This document shows positions 40,501-50,804 of a DNA stretch of 64,000 bases, piece by piece. Both the position numbers and the translations under genes were made by a program. Under the pieces are notes generated by a model. That model worked only from the letters and a program-made list of their open reading frames with translations, ran no database searches and was not told where the DNA came from. This stretch comes from Heptranchias perlo (taxonomy: Eukaryota). Position 1 is the stretch's first letter. The number at the start of each line of letters is the position of its first letter. The stretch lies in NCBI RefSeq assembly GCF_035084215.1, contig NC_090332.1, positions 78,058,001 through 78,122,000 on the forward strand, read 5' to 3'.

Positions 40501-43500
40501 AAAATAAAACACTGATTCAAAACCAGCACTGTTTTGGAGGTTCCCAAGTTTTAAAAAAAAAATGTGCTTTAATCATACTAAGTATTCATTTCTCATATGG
40601 TCTAGTGAACAAAACATTTAAGGCAACAATAGACCAGGCTTGTTGCTAATCATTCCAAACAAAGCTCAACAGTATGTTTCAAATTGAAATACAAAACTGG
40701 AAAAATAAAGATTGCTGTATAAATAAAGAAACAGTAGTTAACTTACCAAAACTGGTTGACCCTGGGCAGGATGGTAATCGCTCGATCCCAGATATTGCGG
40801 GCATGGTTAATCTGTCGATTCTTCATTTCCATTTCTGCATACTTCAACCATAGGGTGACATTTCTGTGATCGACATCTAATGCACGCTCGTAAATGGAAC
40901 GTGCTCTTATGGATACAAGCAGACGTGTGAGAATAAAAAGCAAACTGTAGTTTTAAAAAAAACACCGCTGTATCAATCATATTAAATTTTCTTAAAACAG
41001 TTACCGTTGTATCTCTTTTAGGCTCTCCTCCCATTGTGCATATTTGATCCAGTTGCTAATAACAGTTCGATTTTTCCGTATATTGTCTTCAAATGTCTAT
41101 TACAAAACAGTACCAATTAAACAATTGTATGTAACTTATGCTGCAAGGACAACAATCCTGATTTGTCACATTTGTCTAGTAAATTATCAGGAAACATAAC
41201 TTACAAAGTACTTACTTTTCTTTTTCTTAGCTTGTAGTCATTCAATTCCTCCTCATCGGTGATCTTTTGTGTAGGAGGTGGTGGAAGGAGTTCAAGTTCC
41301 CTCTCTTTTGCTTCTCTCAGGAGCTGTTCAGCTGTGATTTGCAATTCGGCAGGTGCTTTATTTTTCACCTGTGAATAAAGGTGAAACAAGTCAATTATGG
41401 CTCTTGTACTGAACAGATAAACCTGACGGTGCACGCAAAAAAAAAATCAAATCTTGTTACAGCAATAACTTAGTTTAAGAAACTTTCTCAAACTTTGAGT
41501 TGAATCTATGATGGGGCTTTATTTAACCACTATCTTTGTCTCCAATGCAACCCACATTTTTGAATTTGTCTTCCAAAATTGTCATACCGCTGGCCACATT
41601 TGAAAAATTGAGTGCATGTCAAGTAAACTATACATTGAAAATTAAATATAACTATAGTTTGGGAAATGCCACATAAAACACACCAATCTGTTGTGCAACA
41701 TAGCAAAGAATGGTCTGAAGGTGAAAGGAGAAACATTAAATATAAATGCATATCTATCATATTCTGAGCAGATTTTTCCAATAGGTAAACCTCTTCTGCG
41801 TTTACGTTCTGTTTTCCCTGTATATTTTCCGTGTTCATGAGTGCAAAGTTATTGAGGGGAGAAAGGAGGAACAATGAAACAGTCTTTGTATTCACAAGAT
41901 TAAAATAAAACCTAACATTATACCTACATATTATTTATTCCAACTATCCTCCAAGACCACAACTTCTGATTTTCCTTCACTACATGCCTCTGATGTCCAA
42001 TGCCTCTTGTGCATCTTTGTGCCCATTCTATGCAATCTGCCTGGTATTGCTCATCATAACTGCCTCCCTGCTCTTGCAATGAGAATCAGGCAATGGTAGT
42101 TGGTACTATCACAGTCTTCCCTGCACTCTGAAACTGGTCCTTTATCACTGTAGGGAACAGAATGGTGCCATGTTGCAGGAAATTCCCTCCCTAAAGCCCT
42201 CCGCCTCTCTACTTCTCTCTCCTCCTTTAAGACACTCCTTAAAACCTACCTCTTTGACCAAGCTTTTGGTCACCTGTCCCATTATCTCATTATGTGGCTC
42301 GGTGTCATATTTTGTTTGATAACGTTCCTGTAAAGCACCTTGGGACGTTTTACTATGTTAAAGGCACTATTTAAATGTAAGTTGTTGTTGTAACATATAC
42401 ATAAACAAAGCAAACAGGACGTTGGGTTATAGTGCTAAAATCAACTGAGTTCAAATTCTCAGCGGTTACGCTGAAGCTGTGCAGTGCTCTGGTCAGGCCA
42501 CACCTTGAATACTGCATATAGTTCTGGTCACTATGACAGGCCTTAGCAGCAATGCAGAGGGCTGCAATAATGCTGATCTTTGGTGTTAAGTGAGATGCCA
42601 CAGTGGGGACCTTACAGTGTTATAAGATACTTAATAGGACAGAGAAAGTAAACCAGGAACAATGCTTACAGAAAACAGCAGCCAATAGGTTGATAGTTGT
42701 GAATGGAAAGTTTAAGACAGATGTTAGAAGTATCTCTTTACACAAATGGTGATCAACAGTTGGAACGGGTTTCCAGGAAGTGTGGTTGAGGCCAGGTCAC
42801 TGAAGTCATTTAACACAGGTACGTGCTGTAATGGGAAGACACTAGGTTGGTATTCCTAAAGGAAGAGTTCAAATGGGCTGAAGGGTCTTCATTCAAAACT
42901 ATCTTGTGATACTACCAATAGCCAGGAAATGCAAAGAATGAGATTGGAAAAAAAACAAGACATATTACAAACCAATTTAAACAGATGGAGCTGTGTTTAC
43001 TTTTCAGCAGAACTTTCTTTTTCGTCAGCTGGGTCTGTGACATGCAATGGAAACCCTTCACTAGGCTTAATAATCAAAGAGAGGTAAAGTTTCTCTTTGA
43101 CTGATAAGAGTACATACTCGCTCCATGTAAAAACGCACCCCATTCACATAGAATGCATACTCGCTCCATGTAAAAATGCACCCCATTTACCCAAGTCCAG
43201 AAACTTAAGCACAGGTATAGCCAAGGCTTAGGGATCCCAAAATGTGGAGTTTAACCAACTAAAATTGTACAGAGCATTGGTAAGCTTCCTACTGCTGGTT
43301 TAGCTAGGACCACCCCACCATTTTCTGGAGCAGTGCGGTATGGAACTTCAGCAGCAACTGTCATCCTCTCTAAAACCCAGTCACAACAGACATGGAACGC
43401 TGGACATATGACCATCACCCCAGGCTCGCTGACCCACAATGGCTCCTGGTTTGGCAAAGCCTCAATTTTAAAATTCTCATCCTTGTTTTCAAATCTCTTC

Positions 43501-44368
43501 GTGGCTTCGCTCCTCCCTATCTCTGTAACCTCCTCCAGCCCTAAAACCCTCCAAGATCTCTGCGCTCCTCCAATTCTGGCCTCTTGCGCATCCCCGATTT
43601 TAATCGCTGCACCATTGGTGGCCATGCCTTCAGCTGCCTAGGCCCCAAGTTCTGGAATTCCCTCCATAAACCTCTCCAACTCTCTCTCCTCCTTTAAGAT
43701 GCTCCTTAAAACCAGCCTCTTTGACCAAGCTGTCCTAATATCTCATGTGGCACGGTGTCAAATTTTGTTTGATAACGCTCCTATGAAGCGCCTTGGGATC
43801 TTTTACTATGTTAAAGGCGCAATATAAATGCAAGTTGTTGTTATTATTCTTAGATTATGCCTTCAGGCAGCTAGTCTCAGTCCTCAGATTTTACTCAACA
43901 GTTATATGACAGACATCTGTCTTCAGTGTTCGGTAACTACTTAAGACATCTTGCGTTGTGCTGGCCACCTCAAGGTTTCAGTAGTATCAAGGCTTACTCA
44001 GAGTGACTTTATTTACTACACTTCAAAAGTAGTTCAGTGACTGTAAAGCCCTTTTGGACGTCCTGATGTCGCAAAAGGCGCTATATAAATACAAGTCTTT
44101 CTTTTAAGAAACCAATTGATTTTCAATTTTACAGCAAATGCTGGGAATCCTCAGTCACTAAATTAACCCACGAGCCCATTACTTTCTGTACAATCTTTAA
44201 AAATCCGGACTTTAGTTCCAAGACCATCAATCTGCTACTCCACCGCAAGAACAAATGTTTATGATTGGAATTTCCGCACCGCCTAACTGGGCCTCGCACA
44301 AGTTATAAAGGGTCTGTTACCTTCGCCACTTTGGGTATTCGCTGTTTTCCAGCCGCTGTCGACGCCAT
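22361..44368 (-). CDS. CRNKL1: Crooked neck-like pre-mRNA splicing factor 1 (Syf3/Clf1, HAT-repeat NTC protein; 14 coding exons, 688 aa)
   Basis: 14 exons join in frame (2067 nt) from [38 protein letters not shown] to ..[37 protein letters not shown]; multiple HAT repeats (W.KYA.FE...AR.IYERA). Confidence 0.98.
23548..24816 (+). mobile_element. CR1-type LINE 3' fragment in CRNKL1 intron 13
   Basis: [47 protein letters not shown] with a frameshift; CTATGATTCTAT tail. Confidence 0.9.
25585..25833 (-). CDS. CRNKL1: CRNKL1 exon 13
   Basis: [44 protein letters not shown]. Confidence 0.95.
26291..26392 (-). CDS. CRNKL1: CRNKL1 exon 12
   Basis: [38 protein letters not shown]. Confidence 0.95.
27620..28450 (+). 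mobile_element. Old, decayed CR1 fragment
   Basis: Degenerate TTCAATGCAGAGAAATGTGAAGT, GGTTAGGTCACGGTTGAAATATTGTG and ATGGGCCGAATGG segments resembling the younger CR1 copies. Confidence 0.7.
29172..29920. mobile_element. Harbinger-type MITE in CRNKL1 intron 11
   Basis: Shares subterminal motifs (CACTTCC.GGTT, TTAAAGCCGGCGGG, TAGTTGAG.TACTT) with the left end of the Harbinger at 45620. Confidence 0.6.
29970..30209 (-). CDS. CRNKL1: CRNKL1 exon 11
   Basis: [45 protein letters not shown]. Confidence 0.95.
30430..30607. mobile_element. Decayed fold-back Penelope-like remnant
   Basis: GGAAATCTGAAACAA at left and CAGATGCT..CTGACCTGTTG..CATTTTCTGTTTTT at right, same family as 15579-16155. Confidence 0.55.
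30940..31225 (+). mobile_element. Unclassified SINE-like repeat
   Basis: Homologous, in opposite orientation, to 35480-35735 (CTACAATTAGCCTCAG..GGGAAAATTAGCC..CAGTGACCCCAGCTG). Confidence 0.55.
31491..31571 (-). CDS. CRNKL1: CRNKL1 exon 10
   Basis: [27 protein letters not shown]. Confidence 0.95.
32150..32590 (-). mobile_element. Full-length Deu-domain SINE (SacSINE1-like)
   Basis: tRNA-like head on - strand (GGCTCAGTGGTAGCAC..GGGTTCAAGCCCCAC), Deu-like core (GGGAGTGCTGCACTGTCAGAGG..GTTAAACCGAGG), L2-like tail. Confidence 0.8.
32809..32868 (-). CDS. CRNKL1: CRNKL1 exon 9
   Basis: [20 protein letters not shown]. Confidence 0.95.
33375..33566 (-). CDS. CRNKL1: CRNKL1 exon 8
   Basis: [38 protein letters not shown]. 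Confidence 0.95.
34040..34600 (-). mobile_element. Old CR1-like fragment
   Basis: Degenerate CAGACTGCACCTTAAGTACCGTGTCCAGTTTT on - strand (RPHLEYCVQF-like). Confidence 0.55.
34656..34875. mobile_element. Decayed fold-back Penelope-like remnant
   Basis: GAAAATGCTGGAAACAC..GGTCAGGCAGCAT at left, inverted ATGCTGCCTGACC..CAGTATTT at right. Confidence 0.6.
34949..35119 (-). CDS. CRNKL1: CRNKL1 exon 7
   Basis: [57 protein letters not shown]. Confidence 0.95.
35480..35735 (-). mobile_element. Unclassified SINE-like repeat (same family as 30940-31225)
   Basis: Reverse complement resembles 30940-31100 and has a B-box-like AGTTCAATCCC near its 5' end. Confidence 0.5.
36559..36737 (-). CDS. CRNKL1: CRNKL1 exon 6
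   Basis: (F)[42 protein letters not shown]; preceded by an AC acceptor. Confidence 0.95.
36738..39543 (-). other. CRNKL1: U12-type AT-AC intron, CRNKL1 intron 5 (2806 nt)
   Basis: 5' site ATATCCTTTT, branch TTTTCCTTAAT (36758-36748), 3' end ..TCTGCAC; these boundaries keep the frame (T|TT = Phe). Confidence 0.95.
37287..38695. mobile_element. Harbinger-type non-autonomous element inside the AT-AC intron
   Basis: 16-bp TIRs GGCCCGGAATTTCCTG / CAGGAAATTCGGGGCC (1 mismatch); flanks TTA / TTT fit a mutated 3-bp TSD. Confidence 0.75.
39544..39710 (-). CDS. CRNKL1: CRNKL1 exon 5
   Basis: [55 protein letters not shown]; followed by an AT donor. Confidence 0.95.
40747..40905 (-). CDS. CRNKL1: CRNKL1 exon 4
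   Basis: [52 protein letters not shown](W). Confidence 0.95.
41005..41096 (-). CDS. CRNKL1: CRNKL1 exon 3
   Basis: [30 protein letters not shown](R). Confidence 0.95.
41216..41368 (-). CDS. CRNKL1: CRNKL1 exon 2
   Basis: [51 protein letters not shown]. Confidence 0.95.
42178..42390 (+). mobile_element. L2-type 3' tail fragment
   Basis: Matches the reverse complement of 17311-17510; ends AAATGTAAGTTGTTGTTG. Confidence 0.8.
42400..42900 (+). mobile_element. Old CR1 fragment
   Basis: CTGGTCAGGCCACACCTTGAATACTGCATATAGTTCTGGTCA ([12 protein letters not shown]). Confidence 0.65.
43113..43187. repeat. 32-bp direct duplication (43-bp period)
   Basis: CATACTCGCTCCATGTAAAAAYGCACCCCATT at 43113 and 43156, one mismatch. 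Confidence 0.85.
43425..43845 (+). mobile_element. L2-type LINE 3' end
   Basis: TTTTAAAATTCTCATCCTTGTTTTCAAATC.. through tail ATATAAATGCAAGTTGTTGTT. Confidence 0.85.
44010..44105 (+). mobile_element. Deu-SINE 3' tail
   Basis: ACTACACTTCAAAAGTA..AAAGGCGCTATATAAATACAAGTCTTTCTTT. Confidence 0.7.
44321..44368 (-). CDS. CRNKL1: CRNKL1 exon 1 (coding part)
   Basis: [16 protein letters not shown], donor GTAACA; YY1-like AATATGGCG over the start codon. Confidence 0.95.
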
Positions 44369-44690
44369 ATTCTTGCCGTGATTTCCCCCTCACTCTCTGT
44401 TCAATAATTTTTTTTAAAAAAACAAGAAACAAAATGATTTCACCGCCACCAGAAAGCCTCCTGCTTCATACCAGCGAACACCAGGGCCCTCACGTCGTGA
44501 CCTCCGACCCGCCGGCACTCCACGTGATCGTGACGGCGGTTGTCATGGCAGCGGAGCGCGGCGTCGCCAGGGTGAGGGCTTGTTGTGGCTTCTCTCTCGG
44601 GAAGGCGACGGCAGCTGTGGCGCAGCTTTCTTTTTTTTTTAAAAAAAGGTTTTAAAGGCGGACGATTTTCTATCCGGGTAAGGCTAACTT
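44369..44690. promoter_or_regulatory. CpG-rich, probably bidirectional promoter (CRNKL1 and inferred CFAP61)
   Basis: E-box CACGTG at 44521-44526, X-box GTTGTCATGGCAGC at 44539-44552, weaker X-box-like GTCGCCAGGGTGAG at 44563-44576, + strand donors GTGAGG (44572) and GTAAGG (44678); CFAP61 identity comes only from human gene order. Confidence 0.7.
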
Positions 44691-46638
44691 TAAAACAAAC
44701 CGTTCTGTATATATATAAAGAGAGAGGAAAATGTGAATCCAGGGGTGGCTACCGTTAAATTTGTATTTTTCCGAATACTCCTGCTCCCACACAGGGTGGA
44801 GCGTTAGGCCGTTATGGGAAGGGACAGTCGATGCGCAGGATCTATATGTTGTCAGACCCATTGAAATATAATGAATTCTAGGGTTGTTTTCCACCAGGAA
44901 ATTTTTATAGAATTAGTATTTGCAATATTCAGCTTATTCCACATATCAATCCTGATCCTCCTGCTCCACCACAACCTCCAATTTTGTTTCCTACTTTGTG
45001 ATGGGATAAAGTTCAACTTTGAAAGAAAATCTGTTGTTTCAAACAAAATTTGTTGGGAAGTTTTCAGAAAAGCAGAAAATCCACAGCAAGTCAGTCGGTG
45101 TCTCTAAAGAGAAAAGGCAAGGTTATGGGGCTAGGAGTTCCCTCCGCATTTGCGCCCAGAGATATGTGTAAATTGAGCGCAAACCAATTATGCGGCTTAA
45201 AAGAGCACGAATTTTGGGCGTAGGTGAGTTAAGCCAGTAACTACAATACGCCCAAGTCGCCTCGATCTTTTAGGTATGTCCATCCTTCATTCGAACGAAT
45301 CTCCGCCCACAAAACTGGCCACGCCTCCAACTCTCATGCGAGTATCCTCTGCTTTTTCGGAGGGTCTCTTGTGACCAGATTTTCAAGCGCAACAGGAAAG
45401 AAAGTCATTATTCTAATGTTTAATTGCAATTTTTTGAGCCTTTTTAAAAATTTATTCTGACTGAATTTTAAATTTATTTTTATGGCATAAGTATAAACCA
45501 CATTAAAAATTGAAAAGCTTCTCCGCTTGCAAGTTCCTAAACATGCTGTGCCTGATGGACATGAATGATGGTTGAATGAGTTGAAATTTAAATTTTCCTA
45601 CTTAAAGAAGAAATACATGGGGACTGATTTTCGGATGGCTGAGCGGGTGCGTTGGGGGCGGGGGGTCAGCTAAAATGCCGGAATCCTGCAGCAGGTTCGG
45701 AGCCCGGCTCCAACCCGCTCACTTCCGGGTTCCCCAATGACGCGTTCGGGTGCGTGCGCAGCTCCCGCATGCGGGGCTCCCACCGGCAATTAAAGCCGGC
45801 GGGATGATAATTTAGATAATTATTTAGGTAGTTGAGATACTTGACAGACCTCATTGAGTGGCGATTTTGGCAGGGGTGCAATTTTGAAGGATCCTCAGCG
45901 TGTTTCCCGTGCTGTGGGAAACACTCCCTGTTGGAGCAGATGTGTTTCAGCCAGCAGCCAGTGGGAGATGCAAAGGATTATTTGACAGGTGGGGGAATAC
46001 CTCATTTATTGCAGCAGGGCACTCTGTCACTTCAGACAAAATTTTGGCTGCAACACTTATGTCTTTCCACTCAAAATGATTAATTTATACCCTAAACTCT
46101 GCTGTGCAAACACATTTACCTACTTTGCAGACCCCCTCAAACTCTCAACGTCAGGATGGGGGGGCACCATGGCTGCATTCATCACTTCATCTGAGGACGA
46201 GCAACATCGCCAGGCATGCTGTCCACCTCCGCCACGTGGAGCTCCACAACACAGTGCTGCGCGACAGGCACCAGCACAACAGCAGGGAGGGCAACAACAG
46301 AGAGAGCGGCGTCACAGGAGGCAGTACCCTCGCCACAGGGTCTACAGACTGAGGCTCAGCTTCCTGGATTTCTCTGAGGAGCAGTGCATATGGAGGCTCA
46401 GAGTCAGTCGCCAGGTAGTCGTGGACATTTGCAGCCTCCGTCATGCTGAGCTGCTCCCGGCTGGCCCAAGCAGCATCTTCTTACCTGTCGCTGTTAAAAT
46501 CACCACTGCCCTCAAATTCTTCGCCTCGTGATCGTTCCAGGGTGCCAACGGGAACATCGCTGGGGTCTCTCAGTCGTCTGCATACAAGTGCATTAAGGCA
46601 GGTCACTGATGGCTTGTTTGCAGGGCCTCGCACTATAT

Positions 46639-47279
46639 TGTTGCTCCGATTTTGCTAGATGTTCGAAAGATCGAACAAATAGGTTAGCAACCTTTCCTTT
46701 TAGGGTTCAAATGTAAGTTTGCGCTGAACAAACACACCGGCAACAGATTTCGTGTACAAAGATTTATCTTTAATAAATGCTTAACAAACACCGTTCGTAG
46801 TTTAAAGTACAGTTCCAAAATATAAGACTCACAGCTTATATTGATTACCCGATTTGGTCCAAGGTGATCAATCTCTGTCCAAACCTCTACGTAGGGTTTC
46901 TGTCCCCAGGTCTCTGCTGTCGAGTGTTGCTCCTAGGTTCTCGCTGCTATCTGGGGTTTTTCCTCCTGGTTTATACTATCCTATAATCTGTCCCATCTCC
47001 TTGATTACACATTTGTTCCCTTTTCCTGCACCCTGTTGATTAGTTTATCCTATTCTACAACCTGTCCCATCTCCTTGATTAGTTTACATCTTACTTCATC
47101 CATTGACCCATTGTTTGTTAACTGGCGTCTGTCGTGACCTCACCCATGTCTGACAAGGTTACCTATGAGTCCTCTGTTTCAGAACATTACTGAACCTCTG
47201 CATTATTTATCCACTATCCCTTACACATGGTGACTCCTTCATTTTATTTCAGTTTTACACTACTAATTCCATTTCCACA
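46639..47279 (-). mobile_element. Solo LTR (641 bp) inserted in the transposase
   Basis: TGT...ACA termini; 4-bp flanks ATAT/TTAT whose removal restores CAC TAT ATC AAC; TATAAA (about 46970) and ATTAAA (about 46770) on - strand; internal direct repeat TGTCCCATCTCCTTGATTA. Confidence 0.75.
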
Positions 47280-47377
47280 TTATCAACTTCCCCATGGATG
47301 ACCTCAGCCAGACAGAGAGGGCAGTGGGATTCCACGCTGTGGCTGGCTTCTCACGGGTGCAGGGTGTAATCGATTGC

Positions 47378-48008
47378 ATATAAATACTGTGGCGACAAGA
47401 GCAGGTCAGTGGCTGGGTATTCTGCAGCGAACGACTCATCTCCTGACTCCCCAAAGCCTTTCCACCATCTACAAGGCACAAGTCAGGAGTGTGATGGAAT
47501 ACTCTCCACTTGCCTGGATGAGTGCAGCTCCAACAACACTCAAGAAGCTCGACACCATCCAGGACAAAGCAGCCCGCTTGATTGGCACCCCATCCACCAC
47601 CCTAAACGTTCACTCCCTTCACCACCGGCGCACTGTGGCTGCAGTGTGCACCATCCACAGGATGCACTGCAGCAACTCGCCAAGGCTTCTTCGACAGCAC
47701 CTCCCAAACCCGCGACCTCTGCCGCCTAGAAGGACAAGGGCAGCAGGCACATGGGAACAACACCGCCTGCACGTTCCCCTCCAAGCCACACACCATCCTG
47801 ACTTGGAAATATATCGCCGTTCCTTCATCGTCGCTGGGTCAAAATCCTGGAATTCCCTTCCTAACAGCACTGTGGGAGAACCTTCACCACGCGGACTGCA
47901 GCGGTCCAAGAAGACGGCTCACCACCACCTTCTCAAGGGCAATTAGGGATGGGCAATAAATTCTGGCCTCACCAGCGACGCCCACATCCCATGAATGAAT
48001 AAAAAGAA
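47378..48008 (+). mobile_element. LINE 3' fragment inserted in the transposase
   Basis: Near-identical to 13760-14341; interrupts the transposase right after the catalytic IDC motif; ends CCCATGAATGAATAAAAA. Confidence 0.9.
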
Positions 48009-48939
48009 ATATAGCATATGAGCACCTCCACACGAGCCAGGACTGTTCATCAACAGGAAGGGCTATCATTCCATCAACATTCAGCTCATCTGTGACCACT
48101 GCAAGAGATTCCTTCACGTGTGCGCCAGATACCCTGGCAGCTGCCATGATTCCTTCATCCTCTGGGAATCCATCCCGCCCCTCTTCCACGCACCGAACAC
48201 CAGCAAAGGCTGGCTCCTCGGGGACAAGGAATACCCCCTGCACACGTGGCTCATGACACCTCTGAGGAACCCCACCACCGAGCAATATCGTCGCTATAAC
48301 GACAGCCACATCGCTACCAGGTGTACAATTGAGCATGCTATAGGGCTGCTCAAGATGCGCTTCAGGTGCCTTGATAGTTCTGGGAGAGCGCTTCAATACG
48401 CACTAGACAGAGTGGGACTCATTATAGTCGTCTGTTGTGCCCTGCACAACATGGCACAACAGAGAGGGGTGCCGCTGGAGGAGGCCCCATCCACATCTGC
48501 CACCCATATTGAGGAGGAGGAGGAGGACGAGGACAAGGAGGAGGAGCAACCCATGGGCAGAACAGCGGCTCACCTGGCTGCTCGTGAGCCCAGGGAGTCA
48601 CTGATATGTGAACGGTTCTCCTAACTTCAGACAGAGTGAAGAGTCCAGTCCTCACCACCTGGACAGAGCAGAGGCCACACCAGCTCCCTTCCCCCGCCCC
48701 TGCACAAAATAGTCGTGGAACTACACATACACCCACTATAGAGTGACCCAATGGGTGGCATCAAGTGGGGTGTTCATGGCGAACCTCATGAAAGGAACTT
48801 ACTACACAAGCCAGTCAAGAATGGCCAAGACGAGGCAGTAGTGGTGACAATAATAATATTTAATGTGCCAGTAACAAAAATCAAATATAAATAAAAAACA
48901 CGACAATCTGTCAAACACTCTTGTGCATCCCCTTTGTGC

Positions 48940-50804
48940 TCACAAAACCTTTGCCTCACGCTTCCGACTACTCCTACCTGGTGCTTCCCCTGTGGCTGCA
49001 ACAGAGGTAGTAGCAGGTTGTTCTTGTTCATGTCCTGACCGATTAGATGCTTTGGGCCGACGCCCTCTGTGTTTCGGTGCCTGTGAGGGCCCCTCCAAAG
49101 ACTGCTGCACTTGCACCTGTGCAGGGACAGACTCGACCACCTGGGGAGGAGGCAGCATTGCAGATATTGGTTGAGAGGGGGGCAACGGGTGAGACGTGGA
49201 AGCGCTTTGAGTGGCGTCCTCACTTCCCTGTCCCTTTTCATCATCCCTCTCCTGGACCAGGCCCACATCACTCCTACCACCCTGCTGGACGACAGTCTGG
49301 AGGACATGTGTGAAACCTTGTAAGGCCAGTGCTAGTGTATCTGCCGGCCTGTTTAAGGCAGCAGAAAGTTGCTCACCCTGATTCTGAAGGGCTGTTGTCA
49401 GGACCTCAGTGGACTCATTGCTGAGCCGTGCTTGAAGCTCGATGGAGGCTAGCCTTCCCTCCATCGCAGACATTCCCGCACTTACCCGCGACGCTATCTC
49501 AGAGATGCCCTCACGTTCCTGTGACACTATCTCAGAGATCCCCTCCTGCATCTGTGCCACCATTCCAGTCATGCAGGAGTTGGACTCCATCCTCTGCGCG
49601 ATTGTGGAGAGTGCGCGTGGCATCTGTTCCAGCATCTCGCAAATGTGCTGCTGCCCTTCGATCATTCTCCCTTTAAAGGATTGCCCCAGGGTTCAGCATC
49701 TGTGTCCAGCTGAGCAGAGCCTGGAGAAGAATGCTCTCACCGACGCGGACTCTCCACAGCTGCCCCTGCCACCAGTGTCTGCTCGTGTTCACGTGTGTGG
49801 TAACTCACCATGTGCAACCCCAGCTAACTGAGGACGGGGACCCACCGAGGTGTGTGTATCTGCGCTGGTAGATGGCTCGCTCAGATGTGACAGTGCCCCC
49901 TCAGAGGCCGGCAGGTCCTCTGAGGAATCGCCCTCCGTCGTCACAGCAGTCGCTGAAGGCCGTGTAAGAGAACAGAAGGCAATATTAAGCATGATGAGAG
50001 ATGTTGAGGTGCTGAAGATGGCAAGGCATGTTAACATCATTTGCTATTGTGAGTGCTGAATGTTAAGGTTCCATCACCAGCCGTTTGTCGGGTGGTAGTC
50101 TCGGCGTCCCAGACGGACAGGCACTCGAGGGTGCGGCTCAGTTCAAGAGCCTCCTGCTCCGCGTCCGTGAGGACGACCTGATGTTGCCGCCCCCCTCCGG
50201 TCTTCGCCCTCTCCCGTGCATTCTGGGCTCTCTTCTCCTATAAGGGGGGAAAGTAGAGAGGCGTGAGTGAGGGATGGTGACATGGCCAACAGCTGAATGC
50301 AATGGTTTGGGTGAGGCTGACCGTGAAAGAGATGCATCAGAGGGTGAGTATGAGACAGAGCCATGATATTGTATGAGGATTGGGTTGAGTGGTAATGGTG
50401 GGATGAGTACTGGGGAGGTGAGTAAGGGCAGATAAGTTGAGGATGAGGTTTGAGTGGGTGTGAGGAGTGATGTAAATGAGTAGTGTTGGCAGTGCAGAAG
50501 GAGTTGTGGGGTGGGGGCGGTGATGTGGAAGACGGAGTGTAGGAGAATGAGTAAGTGTACTCACTTTGGCTGACCTAGTTAGGTCATTGAAGTGCTTCCT
50601 GCACTGTATCCAGGTGCGGGAGACATTGCTGGTGCTGGTGACCTTCTCTGCTACCTCGAGCCACGCCTTCTTGGTGGCAGAGGCAGGCCATTTACTCCCG
50701 TCCGCCGGGTAGAAGATCTCCCTCTTCCTCCTCACCCCATCCAGTAGGACCTGGAGTGAGGCATCATTAAACCTGGGAGCAGCCTTTCCCCTGGTCTGCT
50801 CCAT
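48940..50804 (-). pseudogene. Harbinger Myb/SANT-like DNA-binding protein gene (3 exons, decayed)
   Basis: Exon 50804-50565 (APRFNDASLQVLLDGV..KKAWLEVAEKV..RTWIQCRKHFNDL, donor GTGAGT), exon 50237-50078 (EKRAQNARERAKTGGG), last exon about 49961-48940 with acceptor mutated to AC and internal disruptions. Confidence 0.85.

Larger units (their letters stand above)
46169..48624 (+). pseudogene. Harbinger (HARBI1-like) transposase pseudogene
   Basis: R.YR.RLSFLD.SEEQC..RLR; LPVAVKITTALKFFAS*SFQ; GFSRVQGVIDC; NRKGYHSINIQLICD; YPGSCHDSFIL; LLGDKEYPL; TRCTIEHAIGLLKMRFRCL; CCALHN. Broken by a stop, frameshifts and two insertions. Confidence 0.9.

Noticed and set aside
48118-48624. HARBI1 host gene
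   Set aside because: Part of a TIR-bounded transposon with stops, frameshifts and nested insertions, not the domesticated gene
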